Below are positions 10,445-21,103 of a DNA stretch of 64,000 bases, in pieces. Origin of the DNA: Gammaproteobacteria bacterium (GTDB lineage Bacteria > Pseudomonadota > Gammaproteobacteria > UBA4575); contig CBDEUS010000001.1 in the NCBI GenBank assembly GCA_965243395.1, positions 480,001 through 544,000 on the forward strand, read 5' to 3'. Positions within the stretch are counted from its first letter, which is position 1, and each line of letters begins with the position of its first letter. The notes beneath the pieces were generated by a model. That model saw only the letters and a list, made by a program, of their open reading frames with translations, was not told where the DNA came from and did not search any database. The translations under genes were made by a program, and so were the position numbers.

Positions 10445-11290
10445 ATGAATTTCAGAATCATTTTATTTTCTGTTTTTGTTATGTTTGTGTCGACTTCTTG
10501 TAGTCCTACGGCAATCGTCAATTTTATTAGCCCCGATGAACATTACGAAAAAATCGAAGATCTATCTTATGGTAAATTGAATAGACATAAATTAGATATT
10601 TATGTACCAAATACTGAACAAAAAAATATTCTAATAATATTTTTCTATGGTGGGTCTTGGGATTCCGGAAATAAAGAAAAATATAAGTTTATAGCTTCAT
10701 CACTTACCAAATATGGTTATACAGTGGCTATTCCTGATTATCGACTGTATCCGGAAATCATGTTTCCATTATTCATGGAGGATGCTGCAAAAGCAGTTGC
10801 ATGGCTTCAAAATGATAGTGAGCATATAGAAAACATAGAGCATGTTTTTTTAATGGGCCACTCTGCAGGCGCACAAATTGCGAATTTATTAGTTTCAGAT
10901 GAAAAATATCTAACAAATGAAAATGTAAAGGTTGCAAGTTTGACTGGATCTATAGGAATAGCAGGACCTTATAATTTTTTACCACTAAAATCTGATCGAT
11001 TGAAAAGTATATTTCCAGAAGACATCCGTGAAAACAGTCAACCGATTAATTTTATCAATGGTGATGAAGTGCCATTTTTACTGCTTCATGGGCTATCTGA
11101 TAAAACTGTGTTGCCAAAAAATAGTGAGTCTTTTGCAGAAAAAATAAAGTCCGTAAATGGTGAAGTGGTTGTAAAGTTTTATGAAGATGTGGGACATATA
11201 GGGATTATCAAGCCATTTATTAATGGCTTTGATGGTTCAGTTCCAACTATTCAGGACATTAATGTATTTATTGGCGATACTGCTAAATGA
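10445..11290 (+). CDS. Lipoprotein alpha/beta hydrolase (esterase/lipase)
   Basis: Signal peptide with Cys, FYGGSW, DYRLYP, GHSAG nucleophile, LLLHG-D, GH. Confidence 0.85.
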   Translation: MNFRIILFSVFVMFVSTSCSPTAIVNFISPDEHYEKIEDLSYGKLNRHKLDIYVPNTEQKNILIIFFYGGSWDSGNKEKYKFIASSLTKYGYTVAIPDYRLYPEIMFPLFMEDAAKAVAWLQNDSEHIENIEHVFLMGHSAGAQIANLLVSDEKYLTNENVKVASLTGSIGIAGPYNFLPLKSDRLKSIFPEDIRENSQPINFINGDEVPFLLLHGLSDKTVLPKNSESFAEKIKSVNGEVVVKFYEDVGHIGIIKPFINGFDGSVPTIQDINVFIGDTAK

Positions 11291-11298
11291 TTATTCGT

Positions 11299-11733
11299 TT
11301 AAGTGAGAATATTTCGTGCTCTCATTTTTTTAGCATATAAATATAAAAATATCGCAATGAGTATTATTGCTGCACTGAACGCTAACGATAGTGGATCACC
11401 CATAAATTCCATTCCGTTCATAAATCCATAAATGTAAATCGTGTTTATAAACACGCACACAAGAGAGATTAAGAAGACCTGAACGGCTAGATGTTTGCGT
11501 AACAATAATAGCAAGCATCCCAATAAACCTCCCCAAACAGCAATGGCCCATAGTGCGACAGACCAGGATGGGAAGCTATAAAAAAAATCGAGCTGTTCGG
11601 GGGTGAACATGCTCATATAGGCTTCATTTTTAGTTTGAGACATATAATAGTCAAGCGCACCCATGGCGTTCCATAGAAGTGCAATAGTACCGACGAGCCA
11701 AAGGTGCCATGGTGTTTGATTTGATTCAGACAT
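11299..11733 (-). CDS. Hypothetical 4-TM membrane protein
   Basis: Four hydrophobic segments; AAGGAG RBS upstream. Confidence 0.75.
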   Translation of the reverse strand: MSESNQTPWHLWLVGTIALLWNAMGALDYYMSQTKNEAYMSMFTPEQLDFFYSFPSWSVALWAIAVWGGLLGCLLLLLRKHLAVQVFLISLVCVFINTIYIYGFMNGMEFMGDPLSLAFSAAIILIAIFLYLYAKKMRARNILT

Positions 11734-11830
11734 GTGACATCTCCTTAAAGTAGGATTACAGTATTGTACTCCTTACAAAATGCTGAAATAACAACAAAGC
11801 AGTAATAAATTTTTAAAAAAGGCTAAGACA

Positions 11831-12178
11831 ATGAATAATAAAGTCGAATTTTTGAAATCCAACACATCAACGAATGACTATGAGCCTTTTATGGTGGGCG
11901 ATAAGCAGGCTGGAGAAGTGCATTGGTTAGGGCAAGTTAATTCAAGTGGTGCACCTACTTACTCAGGTTTATGGAAATGTGAACCATTAACGTTTGATTA
12001 TGAATTTCCGGGTGATGAATTTATTCATGTTTTGGAAGGCAAGTTATTAATTGAGTTTGCGGATGGTGGTGAAGTTACTTTACAAGTAGGTGATATTGCT
12101 TCATTTGACAAAGGCATTAAAACTACATGGACCATTCAAGAAAGTTTTAAAAAAGCCTTTGTGATTTCTAATTGTTAG
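11831..12178 (+). CDS. Cupin domain protein (DUF861/EutQ-like)
   Basis: SGLWKCEP...DEFIHVLEG...[12 protein letters not shown]. Confidence 0.8.
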   Translation: MNNKVEFLKSNTSTNDYEPFMVGDKQAGEVHWLGQVNSSGAPTYSGLWKCEPLTFDYEFPGDEFIHVLEGKLLIEFADGGEVTLQVGDIASFDKGIKTTWTIQESFKKAFVISNC

Positions 12179-12960
12179 TTATACCCGCTCATTCCAATAA
12201 TATTGAATCCGGCATCTACGTACGTAATTTCGCCAGTAATTCCACTGGCTAAATCACTGCATAGAAAAGCAGCGGTGTTGCCTACTTCTTCAATGGTGAC
12301 GTTTTTACGTAATGGGGCATTCTCCTCAACATGGTCTAGCATTTTTCTAAAGTCACCAATTCCTGCGGCTGCAAGTGTGCGTATTGGGCCCGCTGAGATG
12401 CCATTTACACGAATGCCGTCTGGACCGAGGGCATAGGCCATGTAACGTATATTGGCTTCTAAACTGGCTTTAGCCAACCCCATGACGTTGTAGTTTGGCA
12501 TGGCGCGTACAGAGCCCATATAAGTGAGCGAGACGATGGCACCATTAGTCCCTTTCATCATGGGTCTTGCTGCTTTAGCAAGCGCGGTGAGGCTGTAACT
12601 ACTGATGTCATGTGCAATTTTTGAGCCTTCGCGTGTGGTGAGCTCAACAAAATCACCGGTTAATTCTTCTTTCGGGGCAAATGCCGCAGAGTGAACCAGT
12701 ATATCGAGTGTGTCCCAGGACTTTCCTAATTCTTCAAATAATTGGGTGATTTCGCTATCCACTCCCAAGTCACAAGGCAGAATGATTTCTGCTCCACATT
12801 CAGCAGCGAACTTCTCAACCCTTGGTTTGAGTTTTTCATTTTGATAGGTAAAAGCTAATTCTGCGCCTTCGCGCTTCATAGCTTCTGCAATGCCCCAGGC
12901 GATAGAGCGATTACTTGCAATGCCTACAATTAAGGCACGTTTTCCTGCTAAAAATCCCAT
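12175..12960 (-). CDS. fabI: Enoyl-ACP reductase FabI
   Basis: [43 protein letters not shown]. Confidence 0.97.
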   Translation of the reverse strand: MGFLAGKRALIVGIASNRSIAWGIAEAMKREGAELAFTYQNEKLKPRVEKFAAECGAEIILPCDLGVDSEITQLFEELGKSWDTLDILVHSAAFAPKEELTGDFVELTTREGSKIAHDISSYSLTALAKAARPMMKGTNGAIVSLTYMGSVRAMPNYNVMGLAKASLEANIRYMAYALGPDGIRVNGISAGPIRTLAAAGIGDFRKMLDHVEENAPLRKNVTIEEVGNTAAFLCSDLASGITGEITYVDAGFNIIGMSGYN

Positions 12961-13052
12961 GCGATTTTCCGTAAATTATTAGTATTAAAGTTAAACTATA
13001 TTAGTAGATAAGCCTAGATTGAACTACTTTTTTTATTAAACAGTCTATAATA

Positions 13053-15281
13053 GTGTTGCTTATGAATTATATTTCAGGGAAGAATAATCTTTCTCGGCTA
13101 GATTATACATTAAACCATCCTGTGAACAGTCGTTCGATAATATTCATTTTTATTTTAGTAATTTTTATGCTTCATGCATGCAGTGACAGTGCATGGAATA
13201 ATCCTTATCCAAATAATAATGCAGATGATGGTGCTGAAGTAATTTATTCCTCTTTCAAAGAGCGACCTAAGCGATTGGATCCAGTGAGCTCATACAGCGC
13301 AAACGAATATCAATTTATTGCACAGATTTATGAACCGCCTTTACAGTATCATTATCTCTTACGCCCTTACACATTAATTCCTCTAACTACAAGTCGTTTG
13401 CCTGAGGTGCGTTATTTTGCAGAAAACGGTGTTCTTGTAGATGAAGATGCAGTGGACAGTATTCTCTATTCTGAATACACCATCGAAATTAATAAAGGCA
13501 TTATGTTTCAACCGCATCCGGCATTTGCAAAAAATGATCAGGGTGAATCAATCTATTTAAATCTGACTGAAAACGATTTAGATAATATTAATATTTTAAG
13601 CGATTTCGAGAAAACCGACACACGTGAACTTACCGCAGAAGATTATGTTTACCAAATAAAAAGAATAGCTAATCCTTATCTTCATTCGCCAATTGCTGGA
13701 GTAATGCGTAAATATATTTTAGGTTTTGATGAGTTTCGTAAAAATGTTTCGGAGACTTATCCAAACTCAAATGAAGGTTGGCATGACTTGAGAGAAGTTA
13801 AGCTTGAGGGTGTGAATGTAATCGACCGATACACGTACCGGATTAGAATAAAAGGGAAGTATCCGCAGCTTGTTTATTGGATGGCTATGCCATTTTTTTC
13901 ACCCATGCCTTGGGAGGCTGAAAAGTTTTATTCCCAAAAAGGTATGGATGAACGAAATATTTCGTTGAACTGGTATCCGGTGGGTACAGGTCCTTATATG
14001 TTGACAGAAAATAATCCTAATCTGCGAATGGTGATGGAAAAGAATCCAAATTTTCATGGTGAGCGTTATCCATCAGAAGGAGAACAAGAGGATAAAGATA
14101 AAGGATTGCTAGATGATGCTGGAAAAGTATTACCTTTAGTTGATAAAGCGGTTTACAGTTTGGAAAAAGAAACTATTCCATATTGGAATAAGTTTTTGCA
14201 AGGTTATTATGATGCATCAAGTATTAGTTCCGATAGCTTTGATCAAGCCATTCAATTTGGATCAGGGGGCGAAGTATTACTTACCGATTTGATGATAGAC
14301 AAAGGAATAAAGTTAGAGACCGCGGTAAGTACTTCTATTTTCTATATGGGTTTCAATATGTTAGACCCTGTTGTAGGAGGAACAAGTGAATCCGCGCGTT
14401 TGTTGCGTCGAGCCATTTCTATTGCGGTTGATTATGAAGAATACATTTCCATCTTTGCTAATGGACGCGGGATTGCTGCACAAGATCCAATTCCTCCGGG
14501 AATTTTTGGAAATATCGAAGGCGAAGAGGGCGTTAATCCGTTTGTGTATGACTGGATTTCAGAAAAGCCTAAAAGAAAAAGTATTGAAGTAGCCAAACAA
14601 CTTATGGAGCAAGCAGGTTATGCGAATGGCATTGATCCTAAAAAAGGAAAACCTCTGATCCTGTATTTTGATACTCCCGCAGCTGGGCCCGATGCAAAAG
14701 CGCAACTAAATTGGATGCGTAAACAGTATCAAAAACTCGGTATCGAACTTGTTATACGCGCGACAGACTACAATCGCTTCCAGGAAAAAATGCGCAATGG
14801 AGCCAGTCAAATTTTCCAATGGGGTTGGAATGCAGACTATCCTGATCCTGAGAATTTCTTTTTTCTTTTGTATGGTCCTAATTCAAAAGTGAATCATCAT
14901 GGAGAAAATGCTGCAAACTATTCAAATCCAGAGTTTGATCGCCTATTTGAAAAGATGAAGAACATTAATAATAGTCCCGAGCGATTAGTAATTATCAAAG
15001 AAATGATAAAAATATTACAAGAAGACGCCCCATGGCTTTGGGGATTTCATCCTAAAGGGTTTTCGCTTTTCCATGACTGGTACGAAAATGTTAAGCCGAA
15101 TTTAATGGCAAATAATCTTTTGAAATATAAACGAATTGATAGTGACAAAAGAAAAATCATGCGTGAGGAATGGAATAAACCAAACTACATGCCTTTAGTG
15201 ATCCTGCTAGTATTGATTGTTGTGTCCTTCATTCCGGCAATCATCGCATTCAGGAAACGAGAACGGAGCGCATACAAATGA
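13053..15281 (+). CDS. Peptide/nickel-family ABC transporter substrate-binding lipoprotein (true start probably further downstream, ~13122)
   Basis: Family-5 SBP motifs (LDP, PVGTGPY, WNADYPDPENF); lipobox LHAC; C-terminal TM. Confidence 0.88.
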   Translation: MLLMNYISGKNNLSRLDYTLNHPVNSRSIIFIFILVIFMLHACSDSAWNNPYPNNNADDGAEVIYSSFKERPKRLDPVSSYSANEYQFIAQIYEPPLQYHYLLRPYTLIPLTTSRLPEVRYFAENGVLVDEDAVDSILYSEYTIEINKGIMFQPHPAFAKNDQGESIYLNLTENDLDNINILSDFEKTDTRELTAEDYVYQIKRIANPYLHSPIAGVMRKYILGFDEFRKNVSETYPNSNEGWHDLREVKLEGVNVIDRYTYRIRIKGKYPQLVYWMAMPFFSPMPWEAEKFYSQKGMDERNISLNWYPVGTGPYMLTENNPNLRMVMEKNPNFHGERYPSEGEQEDKDKGLLDDAGKVLPLVDKAVYSLEKETIPYWNKFLQGYYDASSISSDSFDQAIQFGSGGEVLLTDLMIDKGIKLETAVSTSIFYMGFNMLDPVVGGTSESARLLRRAISIAVDYEEYISIFANGRGIAAQDPIPPGIFGNIEGEEGVNPFVYDWISEKPKRKSIEVAKQLMEQAGYANGIDPKKGKPLILYFDTPAAGPDAKAQLNWMRKQYQKLGIELVIRATDYNRFQEKMRNGASQIFQWGWNADYPDPENFFFLLYGPNSKVNHHGENAANYSNPEFDRLFEKMKNINNSPERLVIIKEMIKILQEDAPWLWGFHPKGFSLFHDWYENVKPNLMANNLLKYKRIDSDKRKIMREEWNKPNYMPLVILLVLIVVSFIPAIIAFRKRERSAYK

Positions 15282-16255
15282 TTGCTTATATTATTCGTCG
15301 TATTTTATATGCAATTCCTATTTTAATCGGCGTAAATATTCTTACTTTTCTATTGTTTTTCGTCGTGAATTCACCTGACGAAATGGCGTATATGTTTTTA
15401 GGGGATAAGAACATAAAACCGGAACAGGTTCAGGAGTGGAAAGAAGAAAGAGGCTATCACTTGCCATTGTTTTATAACGAACAAGAAGATGGAATAAAAA
15501 CAGTTACAAAAACAATTTTTTATACGAAATCAATTCGTTTATTTGTGTTTGATTTTGGGCGCTCGGATAGTGGTCGTGATATTGGCTATGACATCAGCCA
15601 AAGAATGTGGCCAAGTTTAGCAATTGCAATACCCGATTTAATTATTGGTTTGCTGATAACGATAACTTTCGCACTATTGATTGCATTTTTCCGTGCTACT
15701 TATATTGACTACTGGGCAGTAGTATTTTGTGTAGCATTAATGTCGATATCGAGCCTTTTTTATATTATCGGCGGGCAGTTTATTATGGGCAAGATTCTGA
15801 AAGTTGTGCCAATTTCTGGATTTGAAGAAGGCGTTTTTGGAATCAAGTTTTTAATACTTCCGGTTGTGATTGGAGTTATTGGCGGTATTGGCGCAAGGAC
15901 AAGATGGTATCGCACAATATTTTTAGAAGAAATTAATAAAGATTATGTTCGTACAGCGCGTGCAAAAGGAATATCTGAACAATTAGTATTGTTTAGACAT
16001 GTTCTACGTAATGCATTAATACCAATATTGACTGGTATTGTGGTCATACTTCCATTGCTATTTATGGGAAGCTTAATTACCGAGTCTTTCTTTGGTATAC
16101 CTGGTTTAGGTAGTTATACCATTGATGCAATTCAAAGACAGGATTTTGCCATAGTGCGTTCTATGGTATTTCTTGGTGCTGTTTTATATATCGTCGGTTT
16201 ATTACTCACGGATATTTCATACACCATAGTCGACCCAAGAGTGAGGCTAAACTAA
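15278..16255 (+). CDS. ABC transporter permease (DppB/OppB-like)
   Basis: YIIRR, DFGRS, DYVRTARAKG, GLG, DPRVR. Confidence 0.92.
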   Translation: MIAYIIRRILYAIPILIGVNILTFLLFFVVNSPDEMAYMFLGDKNIKPEQVQEWKEERGYHLPLFYNEQEDGIKTVTKTIFYTKSIRLFVFDFGRSDSGRDIGYDISQRMWPSLAIAIPDLIIGLLITITFALLIAFFRATYIDYWAVVFCVALMSISSLFYIIGGQFIMGKILKVVPISGFEEGVFGIKFLILPVVIGVIGGIGARTRWYRTIFLEEINKDYVRTARAKGISEQLVLFRHVLRNALIPILTGIVVILPLLFMGSLITESFFGIPGLGSYTIDAIQRQDFAIVRSMVFLGAVLYIVGLLLTDISYTIVDPRVRLN

Positions 16256-17671
16256 ATGTTTGGTAAGCCGGTTTTCTTACTTACTGATATTCTTATATTT
16301 TTTGTTACGTTTTGTACGGTGGCGTTTTTTCTTTATGCGCGCACTAAACCTCATATCATCAAACCATGGAAACAAGTCATAAGGAGTAAAGTTGGTGTAA
16401 TTTCTATCATGGTTCTATCGCTTTACGTGGTTGTAGCGTTGCTTGATTCAATGCATTTTCATCCGAAATTGTCTCAAGAAAATCAAACAGATAATTCTGC
16501 TAAATATAGTGGTGAAGTAGTTAGTTTATTCGATCAACTCGTTGTCAATTTACGAGATAGTTCAGAGAAGACGTATTCGGCGCCATTTGCTGCTTATTTG
16601 TATGCAAAAGAAACTGTGAATAACCCTGATGGTACCCAACAGCGGATTTATCCTAGGTTAACTTGGGGTGGATCACATTTGGAGAATCCAGAAACTGAAA
16701 AAAGTGCAGATATATTCAAGTTAGCAGTTTATGGAGCAGTAGAGGCATTAGTTTTTTGGTTGGTGATTATGGCACTTATTTGCTTTGTTATTTCTTTGCG
16801 GGCAAAAACTTCATTTTCAAACGCTATAAAAATGATTACTCAAGCCAAAACAGATATTCCATGGCGAACATTTGCAGTTACGTTAGCTGTTATTTTGTTG
16901 GTTTTATTTATCGGTGGGGAATGGTCAACTAAGTATCACGTTTTAGGCACGGATAAGGTGGGAGAGGACGTTTTATATCAAGCGTTAAAGAGTATTCGCA
17001 CAGGTGTATTAATTGGAACACTTACCACAATACTCGTTCTTCCGCTTGCAATCGTGCTTGGAATTATGGCGGGATTTTTTAAAGGTTGGGTGGATGACAT
17101 TATTCAATATATATATACAACCTTAAATTCAATCCCGGGAATTTTATTGATTGCAGCCGCTGTTTTAATGCTGCAGGTTCATATGAATAATAATGCAGAT
17201 CAATTTTCTAGTTTAACAATACGATCTGATTATCGATTACTTTTTTTATGTTTGATTATGGGTTTGACAAGCTGGACAGGGCTATGTCGGTTATTGCGTG
17301 CTGAAACTTTAAAATTACGCGAAGTTGAGTACGTGCAAGCAGCCTCAGCATTTGGTGTAGGATCAATGCAGACAATCTTTAAGCATATCCTTCCGAATGT
17401 AATGCATATTGTTCTCATTACGGTCGTAATAGATTTTAGTGGATTGGTCATGGCAGAAGCAGTCTTGGCGTATGTAAATATTGGTGTCGATCCGACGATG
17501 AATAGTTGGGGGAATATGATCAATAGCGCTCGGCTTCAACTGGCACGTGAACCAATTGTGTGGTGGTCACTAGCCGCTTCATTATTTTTTATGTTTACTT
17601 TAGTTTTATTTGCAAATTTATTTGCTGATGTTGTGCGTGATGCATTAGATCCAAGAATTGCTAAAAAATAA
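16256..17671 (+). CDS. ABC transporter permease (DppC/OppC-like)
   Basis: HVLGTDKVG, EYVQAASAFG, HILPNV, SWGNMI, VRDALDPR. Confidence 0.92.
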   Translation: MFGKPVFLLTDILIFFVTFCTVAFFLYARTKPHIIKPWKQVIRSKVGVISIMVLSLYVVVALLDSMHFHPKLSQENQTDNSAKYSGEVVSLFDQLVVNLRDSSEKTYSAPFAAYLYAKETVNNPDGTQQRIYPRLTWGGSHLENPETEKSADIFKLAVYGAVEALVFWLVIMALICFVISLRAKTSFSNAIKMITQAKTDIPWRTFAVTLAVILLVLFIGGEWSTKYHVLGTDKVGEDVLYQALKSIRTGVLIGTLTTILVLPLAIVLGIMAGFFKGWVDDIIQYIYTTLNSIPGILLIAAAVLMLQVHMNNNADQFSSLTIRSDYRLLFLCLIMGLTSWTGLCRLLRAETLKLREVEYVQAASAFGVGSMQTIFKHILPNVMHIVLITVVIDFSGLVMAEAVLAYVNIGVDPTMNSWGNMINSARLQLAREPIVWWSLAASLFFMFTLVLFANLFADVVRDALDPRIAKK

Positions 17672-17693
17672 ATTGTATTGATATTTTACAAAG

Positions 17694-19382
17694 ATGAGTG
17701 AAGAAAATAGTAAAGGATTAAACCAGCCGTTATTGCGGGTCGAGGGCTTGTCTACCGTCTTTGAAACAGGGCAGCGAAAGGTTGTCGCTGTCGATGATAT
17801 CAGTTTTGAAATACAAGAAGGTGAAACATTTGCTTTGGTGGGTGAGTCAGGAAGCGGTAAATCGATTTCTGCTTTGTCGGTAATACGTTTATTACCAGAT
17901 GCTGCGCGTGTTACATCAGGTTCAATACATTTTGGTAATCAAGATTTGCTGGCCTTGTCAGAACGCGATATGCGAAATATCCGCGGTAGTGGTATTTCAA
18001 TGATTTTTCAAGAACCGATGACATCTTTAAACCCGGTTGTAAAAGTCGGCAAACAAATTTCTGAGGTGCTTATTCGTCACAAGAATATGAGTAAGAACGA
18101 GGCACGACAGCGTGCTTTAGATTTACTCGATGCCGTAAATATTAAAAATCCTTCACACACAATCGATACTTTTGCACATGAGTTGTCAGGTGGTATGAAA
18201 CAACGTGTGATGATTGCAATAGCGTTAGCATGCGAGCCGAAACTTTTAATCGCAGATGAGCCAACGACTGCGTTAGACGTCACTATTCAGGCACGAGTAC
18301 TGGATTTGATTAATGAATTACAAGAAAAATTTAAAATGGCTATTCTGTTCATTACGCATGATTTAGCGGTAGTAAAACAAGTAGCAGATCATGTGGCAGT
18401 AATGAAACAAGGAAAAATTGTGGAGCAATCGAGTAATGAAATCTTCTTCTCGTCTCCGCAGCATGAATATAGTTGGGATCTATTTGCGGCATTGCCAGCA
18501 ATGGAAAAACGCGGCCAACCATTACTAGCAAGGAATGGAAATGCGATATCTCAAAATTCCATCACCCATGATCAGCAGGATTCTTTGAAGGTAGATGATC
18601 TAAAAGTTCATTTCCCGATTAAGAAAGGCATATTTAAACGCACTGTGGGTCATGTTAAAGCCGTTGATGGTGTTTCTTTAGAAATACCTCCTGGTAAGAC
18701 GGTGGCATTAGTGGGTGAATCGGGAAGCGGTAAAACTACCGTTGGTAAAGGTATTTTACGACTGGTTCAGCCCACCTCAGGTGAAGTGCATTATCTAGGT
18801 TTGCCTATTCATCAAATTGATAAACAGCAGTTATTGGAGCAAAGAACAAATTTACAAATTGTTTTTCAAGACCCTTATTCTTCAATGAATCCTCGGATGT
18901 TGGTCGGCGATATTATAGAAGAAGGCATGAAGGCACTGAATGTTAATCCGGATACAAACCAGCGAAAAGAAAAAGTTCTAGAGCTTTTAGAGCAGGTGGG
19001 TCTTTCTAGAGATGCACACTTAAGATATCCGCATGAGTTTTCAGGTGGGCAACGGCAGCGTATCTGTATAGCCAGAGCTTTAGCGGTAAACCCAAAAATT
19101 ATAATTTGTGATGAACCAACGAGTGCACTGGATGTGTCAGTACAGGCGCAAATTTTAGACTTATTAAATGATTTGCAAGCACGTTTTGGAATAAGCTATT
19201 TGTTTATTACTCATAATATGTCTGTAGTCGCATATTTTGCAGACCGCGTGGCAGTGATGTATCAGGGTAAAATTGTAGAACAGGGTGAGGTCGAGCAAGT
19301 ATTGAAAGATCCTCAACACGAATATACAAAAAAGTTGTTAGCTGCAGTGCCCAAGTTGGTGCCGCCAGTGAAAGCAGCATGA
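17694..19382 (+). CDS. ABC transporter ATP-binding protein, fused double ATPase (YejF/DppDF-like)
   Basis: Two Walker A GESGSGKS/T, LSGGMKQR and FSGGQRQR, DEPT motifs. Confidence 0.94.
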   Translation: MSEENSKGLNQPLLRVEGLSTVFETGQRKVVAVDDISFEIQEGETFALVGESGSGKSISALSVIRLLPDAARVTSGSIHFGNQDLLALSERDMRNIRGSGISMIFQEPMTSLNPVVKVGKQISEVLIRHKNMSKNEARQRALDLLDAVNIKNPSHTIDTFAHELSGGMKQRVMIAIALACEPKLLIADEPTTALDVTIQARVLDLINELQEKFKMAILFITHDLAVVKQVADHVAVMKQGKIVEQSSNEIFFSSPQHEYSWDLFAALPAMEKRGQPLLARNGNAISQNSITHDQQDSLKVDDLKVHFPIKKGIFKRTVGHVKAVDGVSLEIPPGKTVALVGESGSGKTTVGKGILRLVQPTSGEVHYLGLPIHQIDKQQLLEQRTNLQIVFQDPYSSMNPRMLVGDIIEEGMKALNVNPDTNQRKEKVLELLEQVGLSRDAHLRYPHEFSGGQRQRICIARALAVNPKIIICDEPTSALDVSVQAQILDLLNDLQARFGISYLFITHNMSVVAYFADRVAVMYQGKIVEQGEVEQVLKDPQHEYTKKLLAAVPKLVPPVKAA

Positions 19383-19401
19383 GATCCAGTTATGGTGAAG
19401 C

Positions 19402-20271
19402 TTATTCGACGAAAAATTCTAACTTGATTCCAGCAACATCAATGATGTCGTGATCTTCAATAGGCTGCGCCTTACCTACTATTTTTTCGCCGTTAAGTTT
19501 TGATGGTGTGTCAGGATTACCGTCTATATGAATAATGAAATAACCTTCATTACGTTTTGTAATGCCTACTACTGCAACGTCTGGTTTTCCAACAGTGGTG
19601 AGGGATTTATCTAATGTGATTTCTTTGCCGCTATTTTTTCCATTTAAAATTTGAATACGGCCAATACTTGTTGAAGGTGATTGAGTGTTAATTTCAATAT
19701 CATCAGCAAGATCGTCTTTATTTTGATCATCACTCTTAGCTTTCATATATGAAGTAGTATCTATTGGATCAGAATTTACTTCTTCTGCTTTTTCTTTTGC
19801 TAAATCTGGAAGTTCTGTTTGTTCAGTATCATTTGTTGCGTCGACTATATCATCTTCTAGCGAGTTAATTTCTTTTTCTAAACTACTTATGTCTTCTTCT
19901 TCAGTGAGATTATTTTTTTCTGAATTAGCAGTCATAATTAATGTTTTTTCAAATTCACTGTTTGCAGAACTTGTTGCAAGATGGTTTACATATTTAATTC
20001 TATGATTGCCAATGTCGATGACATCACCATCTCTGAGTGCGTGTTTTTTGACAATTTTAGAATTAACAAATGTGCCGTTAGTACTGTTTAAATCTTCCAA
20101 AAAACAGTCATCTAGCACTGTGCTGATTTGAGAGTGGTATCCGCTGATCGCAAGATTATCTAGACAGATATCGTTATCTGTGCGTCTTCCAATAGTGATG
20201 ACTTCCTTTTCAATAGGAATTTCATCAACAATTTTTTCTTCGATACTAACAATTAATTTGGGCGCGCTCAT
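19402..20271 (-). CDS. FHA domain protein
   Basis: N-terminal FHA (IGRR, ISGYH, DLNSTNGTFVN), acidic linker, degenerate second FHA-like domain. Confidence 0.88.
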   Translation of the reverse strand: MSAPKLIVSIEEKIVDEIPIEKEVITIGRRTDNDICLDNLAISGYHSQISTVLDDCFLEDLNSTNGTFVNSKIVKKHALRDGDVIDIGNHRIKYVNHLATSSANSEFEKTLIMTANSEKNNLTEEEDISSLEKEINSLEDDIVDATNDTEQTELPDLAKEKAEEVNSDPIDTTSYMKAKSDDQNKDDLADDIEINTQSPSTSIGRIQILNGKNSGKEITLDKSLTTVGKPDVAVVGITKRNEGYFIIHIDGNPDTPSKLNGEKIVGKAQPIEDHDIIDVAGIKLEFFVE

Positions 20272-20274
20272 AAT

Positions 20275-21102
20275 TTATTTAGCCAACAACTTTCCAAATT
20301 TTGATTTCCAATTTTTTTTAGCAGGAAACTCTTTATTTGGTTGTGCTAACAAAACCGAAACGTTGTCTCGGCCTCCATTATCGTTGGCTTGTGCAATGAG
20401 CTTGTCAGCCAACTGGTCGAGATTATCTCTAAATGCGGTAACAGTCGCATGAATTTCCTGATCATCGACCATATCTGTCAGACCATCGGAACATAAAAGA
20501 TAGATGTCTCCAGGCATCGCTAAATCTTCTTTAATATCTACGGCAATACTGCCTTCTATGCCCAAAGCTCGTGTGACTAAGTTTTTATTTAGCGAAGAAT
20601 TCGCTTCTTCTTGTGTATAAAATCCACGATCTACAAGTTCTTGTAACAGAGTATGATCAACAGTGATTTGTTGTAGTGTACTGTCTCGAAACCGATACAT
20701 TCTTGAATCGCCAACATGTGCAATGGTGATCTGATTATCATAAAAAATGCCCATTACCAGAGTAGTACCCATACCGCGATATTGAGCTTCGCTACTACTC
20801 ATAGAAAAAATTGCTTCATTCGCTTTTACAATAGAATTTCTTGCGGCTAAGCTTTCTCTGGTATAACCCGTTTGTTCATCTATTTCGCCAGGGACTAAAT
20901 CAGGTATATCTTTACGTAACTCTTCAAGGATGGTGTTGACAGCTATTTCACTTGCAACCTCACCGCTTTTATAACCCCCCATGCCATCTGCAAGAACGAC
21001 TAATCCGATTTCTTGGTCTTCGCCAATTTTGTCTTCATTGTTAGTGCGTACCAATCCAGTATTGGAACGACCTGCAATATCTAGAATGCCTTTTAGATCC
21101 AT
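20275..21102 (-). CDS. PP2C-family Ser/Thr phosphatase (Stp1-like)
   Basis: RTNNED, ADGMGG, MGTT, HVGDSR, LCSDGL, GGRDN. Confidence 0.93.
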   Translation of the reverse strand: MDLKGILDIAGRSNTGLVRTNNEDKIGEDQEIGLVVLADGMGGYKSGEVASEIAVNTILEELRKDIPDLVPGEIDEQTGYTRESLAARNSIVKANEAIFSMSSSEAQYRGMGTTLVMGIFYDNQITIAHVGDSRMYRFRDSTLQQITVDHTLLQELVDRGFYTQEEANSSLNKNLVTRALGIEGSIAVDIKEDLAMPGDIYLLCSDGLTDMVDDQEIHATVTAFRDNLDQLADKLIAQANDNGGRDNVSVLLAQPNKEFPAKKNWKSKFGKLLAK

Positions 21103-21103
21103 A

